In this document: piece by piece, positions 1 through 10,994 of the stretch
How positions within the stretch are numbered: the stretch's first letter is position 1
Layout of the letters: each line of letters starts with the position of its first letter
Origin: Phallusia mammillata
Taxonomy: Eukaryota
DNA length: 64,000 bases
Direction: 5' to 3'
Assembly: GCA_965637545.1 (NCBI GenBank)
Contig: OZ281496.1
Location: forward strand, 4,464,001-4,528,000
Translations under genes and position numbers: made by a program
Notes under the pieces: generated by a model
The model's input: only the letters and a program-made list of their open reading frames with translations
What the model was told of the DNA's origin: nothing
Databases searched by the model: none

Positions 1-551
1 AATTGTAGATTAAACTAACGTTTATTCCATGTTATTGTATTTTTTGTTTGTTTTACAATTGTTTAGCTTTCGTTTCGTTTGTAAAACAGTTTGGGGTTTG
101 CAGTATTGTCTACCGTACTACGTTTCATATCTCAATGTAATGATTGACAAACCGGCGAAGTTTCAAATAGTTGTATCAATGCTATGCTGTTTAAAAATTA
201 CCTAATTTACTTGATACAATTGATTATAAATCAATAATTATTAAACTATCAGTTGCGTTTTGCTTAACCTGCGACAAACACAAACAAAGACGCAATTTAG
301 TTTTTTTTGACAAAAGTTTTGTTTTGATTTTTACAGAGTCAGAGTAATGTTCAAAAAATTCCATCTGTGAAGGTAAAATGTTATAAAATTAAACATGAAA
401 CATTTTGTGGGTAGTTTGTTTCAATTAATGGTTGTGTTTCGCAAATAACATGCGTATTTAAGAATAATATGATGGTTAACATACATTGTGAAACAAACAA
501 TAACATTTGTTATTTACATGACATATCATTTAGGTTTCAGAAAAAGTAAAA

Positions 552-796
552 ATGGATCGACAAAATTTAAACCGACCACCTCATAACCTGGGTGAGAAAT
601 TTCGAGTTTATAAATTTAACAAAACTGTTAATGTTGCCAAACATTTGATCTTCGTTCAGCCAGAATTGCATTCGACAATTTTGACCCCAACGGACAACCA
701 GCAGAAGAATCAACACAAATAAATAGAAACAGGGATAGATTTCGTCACAATCAGTTGCAACGTAGCAGACATGGGCGTTCTGCAAACTATCGTTAA
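552..796 (+). CDS. Small orphan protein, RIAFDNFDPNG family copy 1 (about 58 aa; may have upstream exons)
   Basis: Exons 552-591 and 660-796, 68-nt GT-AG phase-1 intron. Translation MDRQNLNRPPHNLARIAFDNFDPNGQPAEESTQINRNRDRFRHNQLQRSRHGRSANYR*. Same intron position and motif in paralogues at 24.0, 25.9 and 50.4 kb. Confidence 0.7.
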
Positions 797-2207
797 TTTC
801 ATAGCATAGAATGTAAAACTAAATCAAACTGTTTTACGTATCATGGCCGTAGCTTTCAAATGCTAAAATAATTTTTTTTCATGTTTTGACATACGGCTTG
901 TTGATGATGCAGGATAAAACTTATCAACTTTCCAATTAGAGTCCAATCAGATTTTCTACCATTGTTGTAACAGTTTTGTTGTACAAAAGTCGCTAGTGCA
1001 GCAAGGTTAAATCAATAAAGCGATAGTTAGTTTTTAAGATACACATATTTAACATTTGAAAATATTAAATGTTTTTGCTTGTTTTACGAAACCATTTACA
1101 ATTATTATTAGATTATGTTTAGATTATATCTCATTAAACAGAAGTCGCATTTTTGTGACTTTTTAGCAGAACAAAATTGTTGCCTTTCTACTGATGTATA
1201 AGCATAAAGTATTTATTACGTCAAATACATCAATTTGTTGTCATCCACCAAATGCCAAAATATCATTTGAGGTCGGTCAACTGGCAAATAGAAACTATAT
1301 TTTTTACAGCCACGGATAAACTAATCTTTGCCAAATTAGAATGTGTTTGTTGGTCCAAGCAAATCGTAGTGAACTGCAGTGTAATATACGATTTAATTAT
1401 TAATTTCGTTGCCTTAATACAGGCCTTTTTTGTGTAAGGCCATTTTCACGGTACTTTCTTGTGACACACCAACCAGAAAATCTCACTTATCCTACTGTTA
1501 TGCCGACAACAAAGCACGCACGAAAGTTCAAAACACTTTGAAAAAAGCGAACTTTTGTAGAAAAAGTAATAAGCAACTATGTTCATTCTGTCTACATTCT
1601 GTCATTGTAATAATAATAATTATTCAAGACTAAAATTTAAGTCGACCTAGAAAAAAATCATGTAAATACAAAAATTTCAGTAAAGCAACAAGATTGCCTT
1701 TACAGTCACACGTAAATTCTGTCGTAGGCGTGGAAAAAGAGAAACAGTAGTTTTTGCAATACAGTCATGCAAACTTAATCAACAAATATTATGTTTACCA
1801 AAGCCATCTGTTGTACAGCATAGCGTATCATATTCCGGTTTGTCACCTAATGCGTTGTATGATTTATAGAGGGATGTTATTATGTTTTGTAAGTGTAAAC
1901 TGAATTTGTTGTTTTTGTCCTGATTCATATTATAAGCTAAATCAAAAAACACAAGTTTGACCGTATGTGATTATATTGTATATAACAGTTAAATATAAAC
2001 ACAACAATACTTTGACAAAGTAATTTCATGTCGGCTATGAATGATGCATGTAATAAGTGAAATGATGCATAATATTTGTTTGATAACAAAATTAACAAAC
2101 AGCTTTTCTGAAAAACAGCTTTAATTTGTTATTTGTTTTTATCTTCAAAAAGAAATATTTTTACATACACACAAACAATGCCATGTTAAGAATAATAGAA
2201 AATTCTT

Positions 2208-5200
2208 CTACTGGCGAATCTGTCTCGCATTGCGATCCCGGGTCAGTTTGCCCCATACGATGTAACCAGCTCCGATAATAATTACAGCCAGAAGAACAAA
2301 CATCACAAGTTGGTAGCTGTTGCCAGCACCTTCAATAGCTTCGTTTCTTTTTCCTGTTGTATAAACGATAAAAAAGTCATGCTTAACAAAAACAAAATGT
2401 GTGAAGAATTGTTTATTTATTGCTTTAGCCAACCTTGAAACGGACATGTGTTCGCTACACTGATAAAAATCACAGTATATGTCAAGATTACAAGAGGCCA
2501 TCGAATCAGTTTGGTTGTCAAAGCAACGGATACAAGAAAATGAAAATTAGTGATGGGAATCGAACCCATGAAATATATTTTATGATAATTGTCTTATTTT
2601 ATTTACCTTTTTATATGTGTCTTTTAGTGCTAGTCACATTCTTATTTTTGAAACAACTCATGGAAATCGAATAAAAGCTGCGGTTGTTACCAGTCAGGTT
2701 TATCACATATACGTAAGTAAGCAATCACCAAAACACAGCATACTTAAGTTATTATGCCCCAATATGTGTCACTTGCTTGATAGAACTACAAATTTGCTAC
2801 GAAAACACATGTATCAGCAATATTATCTAGAATAGATATTAATTGAATTTTCCTCATTGTCTTACCAAGCACGTAACCGGTACCTTGAACAATGTGCACT
2901 GGCCCTGCAGAAAGCAATTGATTGCGACCATTGTCTTCAACAGATCGCCGTTTCTTACCAGAACAAGACTGCAAAAAGAATTATACAAATATTGATATTT
3001 CATTGTACACCAGTTTTATTGAAGGCGTCATACAGAATTAAGCCCATCACGGCACACATATATTTACATCATAGTTCTCCAGGCCGATTAAGGGCCGGTC
3101 TCCCTAGCGATTTCAACATAGGACAGCGTAGCCTGTGGCGGAATATTTACCGTTGCTCGCACTCCAACCAAATAAGAGGGTTAAAATTATTTTTAAATTT
3201 GTATGTAAACTACACACAGTAAACGTCGTATTTTTATTGTGTTTCGGATTAAAATAAAATATAGGTGGATGGGGGTCGAATTCCTATCAAGGTTATGTTA
3301 TGATTCAGGCGCGCCGTACCATTCAGCCTTTTTGCTGATTAGCCACATAAAATCAGCTGGTGACAGGAAATATAAAGTATTGGCAAGCGAACCTAGAAAA
3401 CTTTGGTATGGAAGCAACAGAATATAAAGCCATTCCACCCCAATATTTTTAATGGTACAACTGGACATAAACGCCAAAGAAATTCTTAAGTTATTTAGAG
3501 ACATACTGTCTCGATTGTTTTAGAGCAATACCCAGGAATTTTGTTCTGAAAAAAAAAAACATATCATTCTCCTTGACCTTTTGTTTTTCGACCAACACTA
3601 TTTTGCTAAACTTTATTCTCTGTTGCAAGTCTAAAATCTACTCTAATCAAGTCACCTGTCCAGGGCATTGTCCAGTTGAATTATGACAGACGGTCACGTC
3701 GCAGTGGATGTAGATAAATTGTTCTGCGTCGGTAAAGTTTGTCCACACAAAGCTCATCAGCTTGAACGTTGCAAAGTTGGATTTGTAATTTCGTAACAAC
3801 GTCTTCGCGTCGGCAGCCTCTTCTCCACTGGGTGGCGCAACGCATCTAATAGTTTCGAAGCTGGGTTAATCGTAGTGAAATACAGATACAAAATTAATCA
3901 CTAAACAAATAAGAAAAACATTTGTTGAGGTAATGCAGGTAAATCTTACCCGCTTTGTACAATTTGGTAACTCGGCAAACTATCGGAGTTTTCATTGCGT
4001 GTCGCCCAACAGGCTTCCAGCTGTGCAAAAAGGTATTCCACTTTAAAGTATGAATTGCAAACTAGACCAAAGATGCCAGAATAATGTATATTAAATCAAA
4101 GAATGCAAGGTTTTCTTGCACTAAAAGCAGTTTATTTTCAATTCACCTGGACAATAAAGTAATCATCGGCTGCAGAGATCTCATCAAGTTTAAGTTTAGC
4201 AAAAATGTAGTTGGGTACAGTTACTTCTCTGGGCAAGCTCTCGTTTAAGTATTCGTTGCTAAATAGATTTAGGGCGACATCCAACGTTCCTGCTTTCTTT
4301 GCAAAAATTTCGTCAAATCTAAAACATATAAAAGTTTAACAAACAGCTCACTGTTTTAAACTCCCTTAGGTGCTCGCGGGGTTTTTAAAAGCAAAATAAC
4401 AAACTTCATTAAAACCATGTCTTTAGAAACGTACAGAATCAATTCTGTCCTTGTTTTGTATCATCATGTTGTGCTTTGATTGTATCGGAAATTGTATCTA
4501 CAAAAGAAAGCAATACAAACACACTCTCCACAACATTTTGGCATTATCTGAGAAGTACTAAGCCACCCCGTAACGATTTTGCCCCCTAATATGGCAAAGT
4601 GCACATAACAACCGAAATTACCGAAAAAAGGAAGGACAGACAAACTGTGATCTGTGTCATACATAGTGTGACAGGTGCTGTTGGGTGCATGCTTTGTGAC
4701 ATGTTGCAGATGTGATATAGTTTTACCGTATTTCACGTCGTGGGGGCCAGGTGTATTGTGCCAAGGGTAGATTTATGTGTTCTGTGTCGTGTGTAATGTG
4801 TTCACAGCCGTATGTCATTCGTGGAGTGGTCGGATGTTTTTGTCATGTGCAACATCCTGTTTTCCTTTTGTCAATTTGTTTCCAAGTGTTGTCAACAAAA
4901 GACGACGTGTTACGTTTTATGACGCCTACTGTGTGTCTTGTACATGTTGTCTTGTGCCGAATGCCACTCCATAGCTGTTATATAATGGTTTGTTTTTCTT
5001 TTCCTTACCCGATTTGTGTACTAATTTTGGATGACGAGATAAGAAGGTCTGCGTCAAATAAACAAGTCACATTGAGCTTGTTTTGAACGTCACGCTGGAT
5101 CACTGCAGGGGATGGAGCAAGGAATCTCCAGATCAGGAAAGACACCGACACCATGCCGTTTTCATTCTGTATATGAGCACGAAATTTACATCATGTTCCA

Positions 5201-8200
5201 AAATTGGCAGCTTTTTATTATGCAGCAATAAAAGCCTATTACACTTTATTATTACCCCTAACGGATAATGTTGTCTTAAAAAATAATAAGGACATATGAT
5301 CTATGAGTTCAGAACAAAATCCAATTTTACCTTAAAAACACCTTTGCATTGGCCAATGTCAAACGTAAACACTGGGTTTGACCCCGTGACCTTGCAGCTG
5401 TCATTGAGTTGAGAAAGGGAGGTTTCCCTGTCCAATGCGATGTAAAGAGTGTCGTCGAGTTCGTAATCTAATCTGTTCTGTTGATAAGCTGTTACTCTGC
5501 GAATATTAGATTGTTAAGTTTATGTACATTTTATAAGTCTAGACAGGTGACACTAAAACGCTGAATGGGCGCGACGGGCGGGACGTCGTGAAAACTGCTG
5601 AATATCGGGTTAAATTGCTGACGGTTAGAGCTATTAAAGTTGGGATAAGGTTTTGTAATAGAAAATCATTAAAAATAATTCCGCCGGATACATTCCGCAA
5701 CCGAGTTAAACATGCGCCTGAGACGTCAAGCAATCCCCCGCCATAGCATTTTTGCCGAATGTCAGGAAATAGCTGAATAAGTTTTAGGCAGGGACATTTT
5801 TTTGATTCATATACTATTATAAAACCTCAACCCAACCCTAATAGCACTAACCGTCAGCAATTTACCCGATATTTAGCGGTTGCCCACTCCTCCCGCCCAT
5901 CCCGCCCATTCAGCGTTTTAGTGTCACCCGTTTAGACAACCACTTATTTTTTTCATTTTTCAAACATCTATACTATGTTGCAGTTTTTCTAGCGGCATCC
6001 CATTAGAAGACCCATTGCTAATCAGTAAAAGATGTCTCAATCAATAAAAAACAAGCAATTGCACGCTTATGACAAAACAGGCAGCACAACAAAATGCTTG
6101 AAATACTTCAAATTTTTTCAACAATCTTCTGATTATTACTTTCAACAATTATCAATAAATTTCACAAAAGAATCAAAAAGAAAGTATTAACCTACCTTAT
6201 GATCAAATTTTCAGTCCTACATTCAACAGTTGGTTGTATTTCTGCACAAAAAGCATTTTTAAACCGTGATAATAAAGTTCGAGCACTAGTCCACTTTTTA
6301 TGGATGAAAATTTACTGCTACATATTAAATTAGTTATTTCATTGCTTTTATTAAATTTGTTATTTCAAACATTTCATGGCTTTTGTATTGTGATAATAAA
6401 TTAATGGATTTTATTTACCCCGCATTTTTATCATATAAAATGGTACAGCTTGGCATCAGCGAACTAACAAAATGATGTAATTTGGTGAGACAGAACCAAA
6501 AATAAGAACTTGATGTCAAAAGAGCCCGTGGGGAACTCTCTAGAATGTAATTAGCTAAACCAAAAGGAAATCTATAGCACTTGTCGCAATTATTCGGTGT
6601 TATCTTATTGACTAGATCTTAGTTTTTAAAATAAATATTGAAGTTTTTTTACATCGTACCACAACCCATGCTAGCTGAGATCAAGTGTATTATTATTATT
6701 TGCATGTCAAAATTGTGTGCCTGAAAGAAGATTTGCCTCACCTACTGTCGCATTAAATCCTCTGTATTGCCCGCTACCGTCGGTCAAAAACACAACAGTA
6801 AGATTTGTTGCTGTCATCGTGTAATCAGATGATCGAAGCGTCCCAGAAAATCTGTCCACAATACCCTCTTCGTTCTTGAACTGAAAACAATACTCCATTT
6901 AGTTACTTTTCGTATGTTCAGGAATGTTAACATTATGCCGCAGGGGGGGCGCACTTTTTGTCATAAAAGGCCGCATACCTTCTTAAAGCCGCAAGTTTTT
7001 CATCATTTAGTTAGGCGCTTAACAAAAATAGGATTTCACTTTAAACAAATTTATTGCTTTCCTCAATATTAGAAGTGAACTTTTTCGCACTGCAAAATCA
7101 GTTTATAATAAATATGTTACTCTAAAATACATTTAAAAAAAAAACTTAATCATGTATTACTTTCAGTGCGTGCGGCAGGAAATGTCCCACAGATAACAAA
7201 CCGTTTCCACTCGATTATATGCGTTGTCAATATCTCCTGGATTTTTAGGTTATATTATAAGTTAAGACACTTACGTATAGAATGTCGTAGTTGGTTTCAG
7301 TGTCAAATGAGGAAAATTGGAACAATAAGGTTGTGCTGCTATTCATTTGAAGTCTCCAAATACAACCAGCAAGGTTGGGGTAGTTACCAGGAAACATCGG
7401 AGAGAGTAAATTGTACGGTATATCAGCAACATCTTCCCCGCACGAAGTAACTATAAAACACAAAAAGTTTAGCTTGAGACGGTGCAACTAGTAAAAATAG
7501 TTCCAGCAGTTGTTTTGACCATCGTGTTGTCAATTTTCTGTGACTTATATCTAGTTGTCGATTAAAAGTGCTCATAAACTACGATTTATTGTACATTGAA
7601 ACTGTGTTTAAAAATTATCCTTTTACCAATTAATTATTAATATACAAACATTTCCGTCAGCAAAAGAATAGATTTGACATCATTTTATTTGTTCTTGATA
7701 CCGACCCGAAAACATGTTTTATCTACATGCCTAAAGTCTCGGTTGTAAATTGAATCGTGTGGCAGACTTACATAGGTGTATCATAAACCACACAGGTTCC
7801 GATGTGAGGTTTGTGACACAAGATATATAAGCAGACGAGCTTTCAACGAAAACCGGAAAAGATAAGCCTCCACCTTCCAACGTTCCTGCCAATTTACCTT
7901 GGTCGTCAGATCCCTCGTAAATCTAGAATTTTTTAAAAAGCGTAGAATTAAAAACAGGTATATAAAATTGTAAGAAATGAAATTCGAAATTATCGGGGAA
8001 CAAACAGATGAATTTTGAACTGAGCTCATTGCAAGGACAAAGTTTGTAAAGTTTTACCTTGCAAAAGTTGTTTGCAGCAAGCTGTCCCAAGCGGAAATGC
8101 GCAATTAACCGAGAGGAATCTCCAGTTGAAACAAATCGTATGGCCCATGTGTTACAGTTAGCGGAAATTGCTGCATTATAATAAGCAGCGCTTACATTTT

Positions 8201-9185
8201 GCACTGCACACTGTGTGTCCGAAACTAAAAAAGTAAAACAGTATAACAAGCTTATGCTCCCTTACATCCTGTATCACGTTTGGCATGATGGCGTCTTTCG
8301 CCCAATTTGGTTGGTTAAGCCAGTATATTCCAAAGCTTTCAATTTATGAAAATATGTATCTTTTAATGTCGGCAAATATAACGCAAAATCTCTCATTGTG
8401 TCGTATGGCAAGCTATTGTTATGTGACACAAAGGGTTTATGGGATGCTACTTGGTTGGTGTACTGCGGCCCGGTTGTCACAATTTGTTAAAGAATAGTAT
8501 ACAACATAGCACAAAAAAACATAAAATGTTTATGTACCAATATTTTCGTTACAAATTTGTGACGTAACAGTAACTCGTATGCCCTTCCTTGCAGTATCGA
8601 ATCATTTGCCATGTGGTGTTAGTTTTAGATTGATTTTAGAGATGTTAGCGTGGATCTTTATATTGTTATTGAAAATCTATATCAAGTTGAAAACGATGCT
8701 TTGCACGACTTCTCCTAACCACAACCAATATTTTCATGGATACGAACGTATTAGCAAAGAAAGTACTTTTTTGCATTAATACCAATGTAGAAAATATTTA
8801 AACAAATACTAAACAAAATATCATAAATGTGGTGCCTGAATTTTTGTGCCAGTGCTAAAACAGTGATTTCCAACCTTTATCGCTTTTCCCTTTAAGTCAC
8901 CTTTGGGACCCGTAGACCCATTAAGTAACCATCAAAATCCGTAGTCCTATTTTTGTAGCATTAGGATCTGTGATACTTGCAACACATTCTCAATTTCTTT
9001 TGGATGATGTTTCTAGTGAGTCTATACCTGTGGTCCTCAAGAAAACAGCACTATAAAGTTTAATCTTATTTATTATACATACCACTCAAGTTGAAATCAC
9101 AAATAAAATCACAAAGTCACTAACCTCGGTGCAGCGTACTGAGCGTGCTGACAAAAAGCGCCGCTTTTAATAGTCGACTTGTCAT
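2208..9185 (-). CDS. CUB-like + CUB + ZP domain single-pass membrane protein (CUZD1-type architecture), copy A, intact, about 575-581 aa
   Basis: 13 phase-compatible GT-AG exons: 9185-9125 (signal MTSRLLKAALFVSTLSTLHR), 8224-8058, 7922-7772, 7450-7275 (CUB: SPMFPGNYPNLAGCIW..FDTETNYDILY), 6880-6742, 6241-6196, 5496-5331, 5166-5009 (ZP-N, four Cys), 4318-4147, 4020-3950 (LEACWAT), 3845-3656 (FKLMSFVW..IYIHCDVTVC, ZP-C), 2968-2866 (or 2884; KKRRS furin site), 2353-2208 (TM, stop). No internal stops seen. Orthology to CUZD1 not established. Confidence 0.9.
5542..5932. mobile_element. MITE with about 125-bp imperfect terminal inverted repeats
   Basis: Left gacaggtgacactaaaacgctgaatgggcg is inverted at the right end (cgcccattcagcgttttagtgtcacccgtt). 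Flanked by TA. The paralogous intron of copy D (about 59300, agtctagacaac) is the empty site. Confidence 0.8.
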
Positions 9186-9194
9186 TTTTCCCTT

Positions 9195-9978
9195 TGAAAA
9201 TAATAAACAATAATACCACTGACTGCCTAAAATCTGAAGACCCTACAACAAACATTTCATATTTGGGTATAGTGGCACTTAGGTTGGAAACATGAAACTT
9301 CTCAATATTTCCTGACATTTATTTACCAAGCGCCAAGCTTGCGACGCGGGCCAATGACGACTGAATTACAGCTCAAATACAAGAGGAAGCAATCAAACTG
9401 GTAAATTGACGTTCGGTCAACCTGCCAGAGACTTTCCCAGCACAAGCAGACATTTTGGTCATTTACAACGCCACCGAAATACCATTTCATTCAGGTAAAA
9501 ATATTAAAAAACGGTACAATTGTAAGCGAAATTAGTTAGGTGAACCAGGATTTGGCCTAGGAATTTAGGGAAAGGCGAGGTGGTTAACTTTCACTGAACA
9601 AAGCAAGCTTACCCAACCCAATCCCCTATTATAGCGGATCACCGCCCTTAACTTTCTAGATTTCCCCTGCACTTACGGCTGACTGCTAAAGACAAAGGTG
9701 TAATGTTCACACTGAACAACTAATGTAAGTTTAATATAAATAATAAATATAAAATTGAAAGAACGTTGGCTATCTCCAAAGTTTCAATAAGTTACAACAC
9801 AACACCGTCATGCTTTGCAGCTGCAATGCGAACGCTCTAAACACCACAAGGCCCAGGCAAGAACTGCCCTAAGTATAGCACACAATATGGCAGGTCAAAA
9901 GTAACATGATCTTTCCGGCCAATCACAAACGTGCAGGCGCGACTCGTCGACGTCAAAATCACTGGTGCGAGAGAGTAG
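9195..9978 (+). pseudogene. Decayed ORF of unknown family, head-to-head with the CUB-ZP start codon (copies at 10567-11647 and 63011 to window end)
   Basis: Differences between copies are often synonymous in one + frame (tcc/tct, ttc/ttt, gaa/gag, caa/cag, aag/aaa). Peptides TLGYSGTPVGHLKLLNI, AQIQEEAIKLVN, LPETFPAQADILVIYNATEIP, ARWLTFTEQSKL, GPGKNCPKYST. All copies carry stops or frameshifts. Confidence 0.5.
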
Positions 9979-10492
9979 TTAATTAAGTAAACAAAAGTAG
10001 TTTTGGGAAAAGTTAAATATAGACAAAGTGTGCTTGTAGACAAAGTAAAAACAAATTAAATATTATGTAGTGAAACGTTGTTAAATATAAACAAAAAGTA
10101 TGAGGGAAATGTTTGTTAGTTCATGAAATGATTTTCCATTTCAATTTAATCTTCCATTAACGTGTTTCCACCGGCCAAAAGTTTATTATTCTTTGATCCA
10201 ATCTCATACGGAACTTATTGTTGTATGTCGCACGTCAGTATTAGTTTGTTTGTTGTTACTTACTCAAAAAATAACCGTTTGTTGTTAATACTAGAACAGT
10301 GATTTCCAAACTTTTATATCGCTTTCTCCTTTAAGTCACCCTCGGGACCCGTAGCCACCTTTAAGTAACCATCAAAACCCGTAGTCCGATTTTTGTAACA
10401 TTAGGGTCTGTAATATTTGCAACGCAAACTCAATGTTTTTGTACTATGTTTCTAGTGAGCCTACGCCCGTGGTCCTCTATAAAGTCACTAAC

Positions 10493-10552
10493 CTCGGTGG
10501 AACATACTCAGCGTGCTGACAAAAGAGCCGCTTTTATAAGTTGACTTGACAT
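10493..10552 (-). pseudogene. Duplicated signal-peptide exon with 1-nt deletion
   Basis: 60 nt versus 61 nt at 9125-9185. Reads MSSQLIKAALLSAR* and keeps the g|gttagt donor. Confidence 0.75.
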
Positions 10553-10666
10553 TTTTACCTTGGAAAATGATAAAGAGTAATGTCATTAACTACCTAAAAT
10601 CCGCAAAACATATCACATTAGGGTATGGCGGCACTCCTGTTGGAAACCTGAATCTTCTCAATATTG

Positions 10667-10994
10667 TAAAAGAATCGAGCCATTAAATGATAAGCTGCCG
10701 ATAGTACACTCTGTTTCGACCTATAAGGTCTTATCAGTGCAGCTGGTGACGAGCGATCGGCTGCATTGCCTAGTGTAGCCATTTAACGGACCTTGGGAGG
10801 AACAGGGCAAAAACCTGGAAGCAATAGGGTAAAATCCCATGCCTCACCTAGTCTATGTGATGCCACAACTGGGCATACACCACAGAGGAAACTGGCTCAC
10901 AATGGCCAAGCAACTGCTTGGGAACCAAAGCGAAGTCGGCTCAGTGTCACAGTATCAATGTAAAAGCATCGAGCCTTTAAATGATAAGCTGCAG
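10667..10994 (-). mobile_element. Retrozyme-like non-autonomous retroelement (294-nt monomer + 34-nt terminal redundancy)
   Basis: TSD cttctcaatattg at 10654-10666 and 10995-11007. Empty sites at about 9300 and about 63112. Terminal repeats 10667-10700 and 10961-10994 match at 31 of 34 nt. Contains a hammerhead layout. Confidence 0.75.
10693..10744 (-). ncRNA. Type I hammerhead ribozyme motif (degenerate copy)
   Basis: Minus strand AGCTGCA-CTGATAA-GACC TTATA GGTC-GAA-ACAG AGTGTA CTAT-C-GGCAGCT = stem I, core, stem II, GAAA, stem III, cleavage nt, stem I'. Lesions: G8>A, one stem III mismatch, one stem I mismatch. Confidence 0.7.

Noticed and set aside
4440-4990. Cys/Val-rich ORFs (4751-5086, 4777-4974; also 58078-58290)
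   Set aside because: They arise from TG-rich low-complexity intron sequence shared by copies A and D, with no conserved frame.
8265-8480. Possible extra exon or first exon of copy A with a gtaagg donor
   Set aside because: The frame is not conserved in copy D (1-nt indels) and has no hydrophobic core. The true signal exon was found at 9125-9185.
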